A DNA stretch of 60,451 bases, counting the filler. It is 7 parts of 7 records of this genome, joined end to end, with 100 filler letters (N's around TTAATTAATTAA, not from the genome) between each part and the next. Parts side by side here need not be neighbours in the genome. Positions count along the whole stretch, not along the records: positions 19,892 to 27,313 come from SRR31156797_9470; positions 27,414 to 40,332 come from SRR31156797_9473; 5 more parts are not named here. One strand, 5' to 3'. Shown in pieces: positions 19,918 through 29,091 of the stretch. Numbering within the stretch: the stretch's first letter is position 1; the number at the start of each line of letters is the position of its first letter. A program made the translations under genes and the position numbers. A model generated the notes under the pieces. The model was not told the origin of the DNA, did no database searches, and saw only the letters and a program-made list of their open reading frames with translations.

Positions 19918-20868
19918 TTATTCTTTGTCAAATACTTTTTTATAAAATATCCCCCTATTTTCTATGATTGGAACTATCTGTTTTTCTTTTTCTAAATAGT
20001 CTAGATATTTACCAATTTCAGCCTTACTTAAACCGCTGATATTCATGAAATCTTCCATCGTACAAGGTCTTATTTCAGCTGTTTTTAGTATAAGATCTTG
20101 AATATCTATATTATAATTTCTAATATCTTTTTTCGATCTGTATTTTTTGATTATTTCTACATTTGATAATTCTTTGGAGAAATAATCTTTAATCTCTTCT
20201 AATCTTTCCATAGGCATCTGCTTAACCCAATCCACCGCTGCCGGTCGATCAAGAGTGTTTAATTGAAGTTTCGAAGGTTTTATTCTTTTTATCTCTTTAA
20301 TAAACTTATCCAATTCATCCTTAGTGTCATTTAAACCTTCTACTAAAAATATCTCCAGAAATATTTCTCCGGAAAATTCCTCTGATAATTTTTCAAGCCC
20401 TGTAATGATATCCATTACATCAATTTCACTATATGCCCTATCAATTTTCTTAAAAGCATCATCACTTATTGCATCAAGCGATGGCATTATAACATCTGCT
20501 TTAAGTAGTTCTTCTCTAACAGATTTATCATTTAACAAAGAAGAATTTGTAATAACACAAATTTTCGTATCAGTGATTTTTCTTATTTCATCAATAAGCC
20601 AACCAATCTTTGAATTAAGAGTAGGTTCACCATTTCCCGAAAAAGTAATAAAGTCTAAATTATTTCCATTACTTAAATAATCTTTCAACTCCTCTATAAC
20701 TTCCTCTGCGTTAACATACTCTTTTCTCTCTGTAGATAGTAAATCACTAGCTCCACACTCACAGTAGATGCAATTAAAGTTACAAGTTTTATGCTCAACC
20801 AAATCAACTCCAAGAGATACACCTAGTCTACGTGAGGGTATTGGTCCAAAGATATGTTTATATTTCAT
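19918..20868 (-). CDS. Radical SAM Fe-S oxidoreductase (COG0731-like)
   Basis: FGPIPSRRLGVSLG, CNFNCIYC, FSGNGEPTL; ATG 20868 follows GGAG RBS. Confidence 0.9.
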   Translation of the reverse strand: MKYKHIFGPIPSRRLGVSLGVDLVEHKTCNFNCIYCECGASDLLSTERKEYVNAEEVIEELKDYLSNGNNLDFITFSGNGEPTLNSKIGWLIDEIRKITDTKICVITNSSLLNDKSVREELLKADVIMPSLDAISDDAFKKIDRAYSEIDVMDIITGLEKLSEEFSGEIFLEIFLVEGLNDTKDELDKFIKEIKRIKPSKLQLNTLDRPAAVDWVKQMPMERLEEIKDYFSKELSNVEIIKKYRSKKDIRNYNIDIQDLILKTAEIRPCTMEDFMNISGLSKAEIGKYLDYLEKEKQIVPIIENRGIFYKKVFDKE

Positions 20869-20966
20869 TATAATCTCCTCCTTCAATTCGAGAGTTTACT
20901 TCACATTAATTATAGTAGAAAATCATACTAAAAAAACCTCCTCATATTAAATAAGGAGGTTTCGTT

Positions 20967-21404
20967 TTATTTATTAAGTTCTTGTAAAATATATCTATGT
21001 TGATTTAACATCATTTTCATAAGCATTTTTTTCAAGAAATTATACCATTTAAACTCTAAAGTTTCCATAGCTTTAATTGAATCAGAAAGCGTTTTTCTTA
21101 AAAATTCAAGTTCTTCGAAACTCATAGCAATTGGAGCATCTGTTTTTTTCTTACATTCGGCTTCAAGATATTCTAAATAATCTGTAACACCTTTAGTTTG
21201 AGGATTCATAGCATAAGCGCCTAATTGTTTTTTTAATTCTTCAACAATTCTAGCTAAATACTTTTTACTTGTTTTGTCGATTTTCACATTGTATTTTCTT
21301 TTACCTTTACCAATCTTTTGAATATTTCCCATTTGACTCATTTGGCTGTAAGCCCCCATCATTTGTTGGTTATTCATTTGGTTTGGATTCATCCTATTTT
21401 TCAT
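20967..21404 (-). CDS. Hypothetical protein with M/Q/N-rich N-terminus
   Basis: 145-aa ORF with GGAGG RBS and downstream hairpin (about 20933-20962). Confidence 0.85.
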   Translation of the reverse strand: MKNRMNPNQMNNQQMMGAYSQMSQMGNIQKIGKGKRKYNVKIDKTSKKYLARIVEELKKQLGAYAMNPQTKGVTDYLEYLEAECKKKTDAPIAMSFEELEFLRKTLSDSIKAMETLEFKWYNFLKKMLMKMMLNQHRYILQELNK

Positions 21405-21460
21405 TTTTCCCCTCCAGAACTCTATGTTTCAGCAGTTGAGTCTCTTTAATCTCAACCTTA

Positions 21461-22393
21461 TTAATTTATAATTTTATATATTCTCTCCATCAGAACTCTG
21501 CCAGCACCTATTTCATCAACTCTTTCTATATATATAACCGGTGAGTCAGATGCCGTTAGATTATGAAGGCATGAAAAGAAGTTTTTCATAGCTTCATCAT
21601 AATCTCCATTTTCTGATAGTATCTCTAGTTTTTTAAAACCTAAATCTTCTTTAGGTTTATTAAAAGCCAAAAACGCATAATCTTTATTTAAGTTTTTAAT
21701 CTCATCTTTATTTACTAATTCTATTTTTTTTATAAATTTTCTTTCAGATTTTTTTTTCGTTTCAAGTTCCTCAACATCACCAATAACTGATTCAAGCTCC
21801 TCTTTCGAAATAACTCCATTTCTTAAAATAAGAGGTATCTTTTTAGTTACATCTAAAATAGTCGATTCTATTCCTTTGTGTGTTTCACCGCCATCAAGCA
21901 CATAATTTATCTCTCCCTCATTAAAAGAGTTCATAACATGTATCGCTTGAGTAGGGCTAAGTTGACCAGTTTTATTTGCGCTTGGTGTTGCCAAAGCTCC
22001 ACCTGATTTAATAATTAAATCAATCGCAATTTGATTATCCGGCATTCTTACTCCTATAGTTTCTCCTCCAGAACTTAGTAAGTCTGAAACATTTGTTTTC
22101 TTATTAACTATAAGGGTTAGCCCTCCCGGCCAAAATTTATCAATTAATACATTAATTTTCTCATTATTAACTTCGGCAATCTCAGATAATTTTTTATTTT
22201 CTCCTATAAGGATTATTACAGGAGATGAAAAAGGTCTATTCTTTACTTTATAAATTTTCCGAACTGCTTCATCAGAGTCAATTACAGCTCCCATACCATA
22301 TACAGTATCTGTTGGAAACGCTGCTATTTTTCCTTTTTTTAATTCCTCACCTAGAAATTCGATATTTTCTTTCGTAGGCTTTATTAATTTCAT
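21461..22393 (-). CDS. Threonylcarbamoyl-AMP synthase, Sua5-type
   Basis: FPTDTVYG, KNRP, FWPGGLT, GVRMP, TPSAN, GIESTI; C-terminal SUA5-like domain. Confidence 0.92.
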   Translation of the reverse strand: MKLIKPTKENIEFLGEELKKGKIAAFPTDTVYGMGAVIDSDEAVRKIYKVKNRPFSSPVIILIGENKKLSEIAEVNNEKINVLIDKFWPGGLTLIVNKKTNVSDLLSSGGETIGVRMPDNQIAIDLIIKSGGALATPSANKTGQLSPTQAIHVMNSFNEGEINYVLDGGETHKGIESTILDVTKKIPLILRNGVISKEELESVIGDVEELETKKKSERKFIKKIELVNKDEIKNLNKDYAFLAFNKPKEDLGFKKLEILSENGDYDEAMKNFFSCLHNLTASDSPVIYIERVDEIGAGRVLMERIYKIIN

Positions 22394-22526
22394 TTACTGC
22401 TCCTTAATTCTAAAACTTTTATTATATTTTTTAAGTTAAATTAAATCCAATTTGATTTTAAGCTAAAAAATACTCTATTTCTAGATTTTATCATAATTAA
22501 ATAAATATAACAAGATTTGTTTAATT

Positions 22527-23573
22527 TTACTGATCTTTCTTCTTCAACGCTTCAAGATCAACCATTCTTAGCTCTTTGGCAGCATCTTCAGGAAGTACAG
22601 GATTTACATAAAAACCTGTTCCCCATTCAAAACCGGCAATTTTTGTTAATTTTGGCATAATTTCTAAATGCCAGTGGAAAATATCTTCTGTATTTTCATG
22701 AATATTAATCGGTGCTGTATGTAATACCATATTATAGTTTACATCACCAAGTGTTGCTTTAATTCTAAGTAGAACATTTTTTAGTATTTTAGCAAAATTA
22801 GATATTTGCTTTTTTGTTATTGTTCCAAAATAAGCATTATGTTCCTTTGGCATAATCCATGTTTCATATGGTAATTTACCAGCAAAGAAGTTAAATGATA
22901 AAAAATCATTATTTTCTTCAATAATTCTTTCTCTATCTAATAATTCCTGACTCACAATATCACAGTAAACACATCTGTCTCTGAATTTAAAATAATCTTT
23001 GCACCCTTTAATCTCCGTTTCAACTCTTTTCGGTACAACTGGGGTAGCTATAAGCTGTGAATGTGAATGTTCTAAAGAAGCTCCCGCTTCTTTTCCATAA
23101 TTTTTGAATATTAATATATGTTTCATATCTCTATTTTGAGATATTTCAATATATCTATCTTTATAAGCCCATATGATTTTTTCAATTTGCTGAAGGTCAA
23201 GTTCTGAGATACATTTTTTATGTTCCTCGCACTCTACAATAATTTCATGCCTTCCCAAACCTCTCATTCTATCATATATACCTACACCTTTTTTCTCCAA
23301 GTTTTCACCAGGTCTTAATGCAGGATACTTATTTTCCAGAACTCTTATCCACCAATCAGGTGAGTTTGGTTTTCTTCCCGCTACTTTCGGATAAACTAAA
23401 AGCTCATCTCCTGATTTTTCTTCATTTCCTGAACAAAAAGGACAAAATTTCTTTTCTTTTTCTTCTTTTACCTCTTTATTATCTTTTGGTTTGTAATCCG
23501 AAGGTCTGTAAGCTCTTTCCGGGGAAAAAATAACCCATCTCTTACTAACTGGATCTTTTCTTAGTTCTGACAT
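22527..23573 (-). CDS. galT: GalT-family nucleotidyltransferase
   Basis: SELRKDP, RPSD, CPFC, NKYPAL, GASLEHSHSQ, AGFEWGTG; ATG 23573 after GGAGG. Substrate not certain. Confidence 0.85.
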   Translation of the reverse strand: MSELRKDPVSKRWVIFSPERAYRPSDYKPKDNKEVKEEKEKKFCPFCSGNEEKSGDELLVYPKVAGRKPNSPDWWIRVLENKYPALRPGENLEKKGVGIYDRMRGLGRHEIIVECEEHKKCISELDLQQIEKIIWAYKDRYIEISQNRDMKHILIFKNYGKEAGASLEHSHSQLIATPVVPKRVETEIKGCKDYFKFRDRCVYCDIVSQELLDRERIIEENNDFLSFNFFAGKLPYETWIMPKEHNAYFGTITKKQISNFAKILKNVLLRIKATLGDVNYNMVLHTAPINIHENTEDIFHWHLEIMPKLTKIAGFEWGTGFYVNPVLPEDAAKELRMVDLEALKKKDQ

Positions 23574-23659
23574 TAAAAGCCTCCTTATATAAAGACCTTG
23601 AATTAAGCAATACACAAAGTCTTTAAAATTGTAAGATCTTTATCAAACTTTGAAAAAAT

Positions 23660-23710
23660 AAGCTGACTAAAAAGATTATATATTCTAGCTCTTCTCTCTT
23701 TAGTCAGCTT
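23660..23710 (-). terminator. Hairpin after prs
   Basis: AAGCTGACTAAA...TTTAGTCAGCTT inverted repeat. Confidence 0.65.
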
Positions 23711-23739
23711 TAACTAGTGTTTCACTTTATTACAACTAA

Positions 23740-24714
23740 TTATTTTTCATCTTGAATTTGTTCTTTTTTTTCAAAAAGTTCACTTAGTGACTCTTTGTTA
23801 ATAATTCTTTGAATCCCCTCAGAGAAAAGCTCAGCAACTGATAAAATTTTAATTTTATCAATTTTTTTCTCTTCCGGCTGTTGAATTGTATTAGTTATTA
23901 CTACCTCTTTAAAAGGTGAATTTTCAATTCTTTCAATTGCAGGACCTGAGAATACAGCATGTGTACAAGCTGCGTATACTTCTTTAGCTCCTCTTTTGAT
24001 TACAGCTTCTGCTCCATTTGTCATAGTTCCTGCTGTATCAATCATATCATCAATAAAGATAGCTATCTTACCTTCGATATCTCCGATGATATTCATTACT
24101 TCTGATTCATTTGGCTTAGGTCTTCTTTTATCAATGATAGCTATTTTAGTGTCTAACCATCTAGCTAAACCTCTTGCTCTTTTTACTCCACCAACATCAG
24201 GTGATACTACTACTACATCGTCACCGTGTAAACCTTTTTCCATAAAATATTTCGCTAAAATAGGTAACCCTTCCATATGATCTACAGGTATATCGAAGAA
24301 ACCTTGAAGCTGTTGAGCATGTAAATCCATCGTCATAACTCTGTTTGCTCCAGCTGTTGTTAATAAGTTTGCAACTAATTTTGCTGTAATTGGTTCTCTT
24401 GGACTCGCTTTTCTGTCCTGTCTTGCATACCCGTAATAAGGTATTACTGCGATAATTTCATCAGCTGATGCTCTCTTTAACGCATCGATAAATACTAACA
24501 TCTCCATTAAATTTTCATTAACTGGATTAGATGTTGATTGAATAACAAGTACAGAATCTCCCCGTACAGTTTCATTCAGCTTAACATAAACCTCACCATC
24601 TTGGAATCTAATCATTTTAGCATCTCCAAGTGTTAGCCCTAAGTCGCTAGCTAATTTTTTAGCTAACATAGGATTTGAACTTCCGGAAAATATCTTCACA
24701 TTACCGTTCTTCAT
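23740..24714 (-). CDS. prs: Ribose-phosphate pyrophosphokinase
   Basis: [36 protein letters not shown] overlaps the glmU stop (TAATG). Confidence 0.97.
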   Translation of the reverse strand: MKNGNVKIFSGSSNPMLAKKLASDLGLTLGDAKMIRFQDGEVYVKLNETVRGDSVLVIQSTSNPVNENLMEMLVFIDALKRASADEIIAVIPYYGYARQDRKASPREPITAKLVANLLTTAGANRVMTMDLHAQQLQGFFDIPVDHMEGLPILAKYFMEKGLHGDDVVVVSPDVGGVKRARGLARWLDTKIAIIDKRRPKPNESEVMNIIGDIEGKIAIFIDDMIDTAGTMTNGAEAVIKRGAKEVYAACTHAVFSGPAIERIENSPFKEVVITNTIQQPEEKKIDKIKILSVAELFSEGIQRIINKESLSELFEKKEQIQDEK

Positions 24715-26075
24715 TATTTTTTCTTCCACTCCCTTTTATTTTCTTGTCTTGCTCGCGCTACTCCTAGCGCTCTATCTGGAATATTTTTAGTAATAACTGA
24801 ACCTGCACCGATTATTGCGTCATCCCCAACCTCTACAGGGGCTACGAATTTCGTATCACTTCCGATAAATACATTTTTCCCTATAACAGTTTTATGTTTG
24901 TTTTTTCCGTCATAGTTACATGTAATTGTTCCTGCTCCAAAGTTAGTATTTTCTCCAACTTCCGAGTCACCTATATATGTTAAATGTCCGGCTTTTACAC
25001 CTTTTTCTAATGTAGCTTTTTTAACTTCAACGAAGTTTCCAATATGAACTGTTTCTTTTAAATGTGCTTTTGGTCTAAGGTGAGCAAAAGGTCCTATAGT
25101 TACTTTATCTTCAACTATACTCTCTTCAACAACAGATGCCTCTATTCTTACACCATTTCCTATTGTACTGTCTTCTATTCTACAATTTTGGAAAATCTCA
25201 CACTCATCACCGATAACAGTATTTCCTTCGATTATTACATTTGGATATATAACTGTATCTTTACCTATTTTAACTGTTTCCTGAATATAAGCAGTATCTG
25301 GGTCAATCATAATAACCCCTTCACTCATAAGTTCATCATTTTTTCTCGTTCTAAGAATTTTATCAGCCTGAGCTAATTGAAGTTTTGAATTAACTCCTAA
25401 AATTTCATCATTATCTTTTACAGTATAAGCTTCAACTTTTTCATCAGCTTCTACCATTATTTTAATAACATCAGTAAGGTAGTATTCACCTTTCTCATTG
25501 TTATTATCTATTTTTTGAAGTGCATCAAACAGTTTTTGATTATCAAAACAGTACACTCCTGCATTTACTTCTTTAATTGCTTTAGTTGCTTCATCAGCTT
25601 CTTTTTCTTCAACAATAGCTTTTACTAATTCTCCCTCTTTTACGATTCTACCGTATCCGAAAGGATTAGCATAAACTGCTGTTAATATAGTCGCTGCTGA
25701 ACCTTCAGCTTTATGTTGTTCAACAAGTTCTTTAATTGTTTCTTCTGTTAATAATGGTGTGTCTCCACAAGTTATCAAAACTAAACCATCATGATCTTTT
25801 AATTTTTCCTCTGCTGACATTACAGCATGCCCAGTTCCTAATTGCTCTTCCTGAACAACATAATCAATAAGTGTTTCAGTTTCTTTCAGTGTTTCTAACA
25901 CCAACTCTTTTTTATGTCCTAAAATAAGAACATTCTCTTCTACACCGGCATTTTTCAGAACATTTACTATCTTGCAAATCATTGGCTGCCCGTTTACTTT
26001 ATGTAAAACCTTTGGAAGCGTTGATTTCATTCGTGTTCCTTTTCCAGCCGCTAGTACAATCGAAACTAATTCCAT
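24714..26075 (-). CDS. glmU: Bifunctional UDP-GlcNAc pyrophosphorylase/GlcN-1-P acetyltransferase
   Basis: [25 protein letters not shown], hexapeptide repeats, CNYDG; ATG 26075 after GGAGG. Confidence 0.97.
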   Translation of the reverse strand: MELVSIVLAAGKGTRMKSTLPKVLHKVNGQPMICKIVNVLKNAGVEENVLILGHKKELVLETLKETETLIDYVVQEEQLGTGHAVMSAEEKLKDHDGLVLITCGDTPLLTEETIKELVEQHKAEGSAATILTAVYANPFGYGRIVKEGELVKAIVEEKEADEATKAIKEVNAGVYCFDNQKLFDALQKIDNNNEKGEYYLTDVIKIMVEADEKVEAYTVKDNDEILGVNSKLQLAQADKILRTRKNDELMSEGVIMIDPDTAYIQETVKIGKDTVIYPNVIIEGNTVIGDECEIFQNCRIEDSTIGNGVRIEASVVEESIVEDKVTIGPFAHLRPKAHLKETVHIGNFVEVKKATLEKGVKAGHLTYIGDSEVGENTNFGAGTITCNYDGKNKHKTVIGKNVFIGSDTKFVAPVEVGDDAIIGAGSVITKNIPDRALGVARARQENKREWKKK

Positions 26076-26115
26076 TACTTGTCCTCCATATTTTCTATTT
26101 ATAAACTTTACCAAA

Positions 26116-26144
26116 ATTATAACATAATAAGGCTTTATTTTCAA
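26116..26144 (-). promoter_or_regulatory. sigma70 promoter of glmU-prs
   Basis: Minus strand TTGAAA-17 nt-TATAAT with extended TG. Confidence 0.8.
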
Positions 26145-26369
26145 ACTGATTTTCCAGTCATTTCAAAGCTTTATAAACTGCACTGTTTTAAAACAGTTAT
26201 GCTTTTTATCGGTTCCTTTACATCTTTTTTACATATAAAGAACTATGTTACTTTTGATTATAAGTATATACTCTTTTTCTCTGTATAATTTCAAAAAAAT
26301 TAATTCTATATATAACTAAAATAACTATTAGATTATTAAAACGTTCTGAGTCTATACTTCTTTGTATAT

Positions 26370-26411
26370 AAAAACAGTAGATTGAGTTATACGACTCAAT
26401 CTACTGTTTTT
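26370..26411 (-). terminator. Perfect 18-bp stem terminator including the stop codon of the zinc-ribbon gene
   Basis: AAAAACAGTAGATTGAGT-tatacg-ACTCAATCTACTGTTTTT. Confidence 0.8.
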
Positions 26412-26767
26412 TCAGCTTGTTTAGTTCCACAGTGTGGACAATACTTATAGTCTCTCTCTAAACGTGATCCACAAAAATCACAGGATCTGTTTTCAAGAAT
26501 TATTGATTCAACATCTCCATAATCAACTTCTTTTTCTGCTATTATTTTTTTTATGTTTTCAGATCTCAATTTATATATACTCTTACAATTATCACAACTT
26601 ACATAAAAACTTTTTTTCCATACATATAAAGGTATAAAGAAAAACGAAAAAGTTTTCGCAGTTTCTACAACTTCCGCTTTTTCATGAGTACAACCAGGAC
26701 ATTTAAACTTTACATCTGCCAATTTTTTATTAAATCCGTTAACTCCAAAAATTCCTATAAAGAACAT
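26396..26767 (-). CDS. Zinc-ribbon domain protein
   Basis: MFFIGIFG start; CPGC...FSFFFIP...CDNC and CDFC...CPHCG. Confidence 0.85.
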   Translation of the reverse strand: MFFIGIFGVNGFNKKLADVKFKCPGCTHEKAEVVETAKTFSFFFIPLYVWKKSFYVSCDNCKSIYKLRSENIKKIIAEKEVDYGDVESIILENRSCDFCGSRLERDYKYCPHCGTKQAEKTVD

Positions 26768-26878
26768 ATAATCCCCCCTCTCAAAAGCAAATTTCTATGC
26801 CTTCTTGTAAATTATAATCTATTTTTTTTACTATATCAATGATTTAAAATCTAACATAAAATTTATCACATAGTAAAA

Positions 26879-26898
26879 GGGCACGTTGCAACGTGCCC
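26879..26898. repeat. Perfect 20-bp GC-rich palindrome (REP-like and/or adhE terminator)
   Basis: GGGCACGTTG|CAACGTGCCC in a very AT-rich intergenic region. Confidence 0.6.
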
Positions 26899-26922
26899 CT
26901 ATAAGTAAATTGAGTTTTTTAA

Positions 26923-27313
26923 TTATTCAGCTTCTGTTTCTTCTGCTGCTTTAGCTTCTGCCTGTTTCTTTTCATAAGCTTCGGCACCATAGAACGCTCT
27001 TAAGTAAAGCTCTTTAAGCTCTGACATTAATGGGTATCTAGGATTAGCTCCTGTACACTGATCATCAAATGCTTCTTCACTCATACTGTCTAAACTTTCT
27101 AAGAAATCTTTTTCGTTAATCCCATATTCTTGAATTGATAAAGGAATACCGATTTCTGTTTTAAGTTCATCAATTTTCTCACAAAGTAAATTAATTTTCT
27201 CGTGAGGTGTATTTCCACCAACATTTAAGAAATCTGCAATTTCTGTATATCTAACAATTGCATCAGGATACTTGTATTGAGCGAAAGCAGCCTGTTTTCT
27301 AGGTTTATCAGTT
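26923..27313 (-). CDS. adhE: Bifunctional acetaldehyde-CoA/alcohol dehydrogenase, C-terminal fragment (absent from ORF track)
   Basis: Manual translation: TDKPRKQAAFAQYKYP...AFDDQCTGANPRYPLMSELKELYLRAFYG; TAA at 26923-26925. Confidence 0.92.
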
Positions 27314-27413
27314 NNNNNNNNNNNNNNNNNNNNNNNNNNNNNNNNNNNNNNNNNNNNTTAATTAATTAANNNNNNNNNNNNNNNNNNNNNNNNNNNNNNN
27401 NNNNNNNNNNNNN
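27314..27413. other. Artificial contig spacer
   Basis: N44-TTAATTAATTAA-N44. Confidence 0.99.
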
Positions 27414-28064
27414 GGGCATTACAACAATCATTGGTTTTGCTTTTCCCTGTGCAATCAGATTATCCAAAATCTGTGAAGATCTCCCTAAAGAAATCCATGC
27501 TTCTTCGTCTCCACCGGCACCATGTAAAAGATACAACACTGGAAATTTTTCATTCGAATTTTCATACCCCGGTGGAGTATAAACTGTTAAGCGACGATCC
27601 ATTCCATTTCCCGGTGAGTCGTACCAACGACGTGCAACCGTTCCGTGGGGAATATCGTTCACTTTATAAAGATCGGCTCTTTCTCCGCCAATAATTAAAA
27701 TATTTGTAACCGATGCTACATCGCGAATTAAAAACGGATTATTTGGATCTGTCGTTTTAAATCCGTCGACACTAAAAGAATAGCTATATAATTCGGGCGA
27801 TAGTTTTTCGGTTGTATAAGACCATACTCCATTTTCAGCTTTCTCCATTGTAGCCGTTCCGGGAATCATCCCATCAGCAGGCATCCAGTCGCCCGAAATG
27901 GTTACCTCATTAGCGTCAGGCGCCATCAGACGAAAGATTACTGTATTATCATCTTTCACTTCCGGAGAAATAATTTCCTGTCCGCCAAATAAAGCCTGTT
28001 GCGCCAAACCAGGACTACTAATTATCATACAAAGTGCAAAAAGTGCAAAAATTAATTTTTTCAT
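27414..28064 (-). CDS. CE1-like esterase with N-terminal CBM48/E-set-like domain (3'-truncated)
   Basis: Signal peptide; FRLMAPDA...YSYSFSVDG..TDPNN; VYTPPGY, PVLYLLHGAGGDEEAW. Confidence 0.88.
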
Positions 28065-28096
28065 TTTCTCTGTTTAATTTGATTATTCAATTTATA

Positions 28097-28927
28097 CTAC
28101 TCGAAGCTGTTACTCACTAAATTTATTACTTTTGGAAGGCAAGTCATCCAAAAATTCCAGTCGTGAGCTCCATTTCTTGCAATATAATTATGATTTATTT
28201 CTTTTTCATTTAAAAATGTATGAAAACTTTCGTTCGATGAAAAAACCAAATAATCTTCGGTTCCGCATTCCATAGAATATTCGGGTAAGTTTTCAAGTTC
28301 TTCATGGCTTTTCGAACTAAGTATTTCTTTTATATCAGGGGCTGAATCTCCCATATCCAATGCTCCGCTCATTGCATAGCAACAACAAAACATTTCGGGC
28401 CTTTTAAAAGCATGGAAAGTTGCACCATATCCACCCATTGACAATCCGGCAATTGCCCGACCGCTTTTTGTTGAATTTATGCGATATAAGCTTTCTATTT
28501 GAGGAATAAATTCCTGTATCATAAAATCTTCATATCGCATTGATCCTCCGTTGTAATTATTGCAATAAAATGCATCCAATCCGTCGGGCATAACTACAAT
28601 CATCTCTTTGGCATCGTTATAATTTATTGCATTATTAACTGTCGATGCCATTCCATTATTTACCCAATCGGTATAATTTCCCCACATACCATGTAACAAA
28701 TACAAAACCGGATAATTCTTTCCGGAAGTTTCATATCCGGGTGGAAGATAAATGGAGTAATTCATTTCCCGATTAAGTATTTCACTTGAAATAACCTCGG
28801 TTGTAATTACTAAACCTGCAGGCATTTGAATAATTTCGATGTCTTCTGTTTCGGTTTCCTTATGGCAAGAAACAAAAAGAGCAAAACCAATTAATACGAT
28901 TAGAAATATTACCTTTTTTGAAAGCAT
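28097..28927 (-). CDS. CE1-like esterase, lipoprotein
   Basis: Lipobox FVSC; YLPPGY, LYLLHG, GLSMGG, CGTED, GAHDW. Confidence 0.9.
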   Translation of the reverse strand: MLSKKVIFLIVLIGFALFVSCHKETETEDIEIIQMPAGLVITTEVISSEILNREMNYSIYLPPGYETSGKNYPVLYLLHGMWGNYTDWVNNGMASTVNNAINYNDAKEMIVVMPDGLDAFYCNNYNGGSMRYEDFMIQEFIPQIESLYRINSTKSGRAIAGLSMGGYGATFHAFKRPEMFCCCYAMSGALDMGDSAPDIKEILSSKSHEELENLPEYSMECGTEDYLVFSSNESFHTFLNEKEINHNYIARNGAHDWNFWMTCLPKVINLVSNSFE

Positions 28928-29017
28928 TTTACAGTAAAAATATTTGGTTTTCAGAAAACATGGAATGAAAGTACAAGGAGGAAAAATAATTTCAATTTGA
29001 AATTACTGTTTGAATAG

Positions 29018-29078
29018 AAAAAGGCTATTCCTTATCAAAAGAGAATCGGAATCCCCGATATTGACAGGAATAGCCTTT
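29018..29078 (-). terminator. Terminator-like hairpin after susD
   Basis: AAAGGCTATTCCT...AGGAATAGCCTTT with an inner ATCGG/CCGAT stem; T-tract on the minus strand. Confidence 0.7.
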
Positions 29079-29091
29079 ATTTTTTAGTTAA

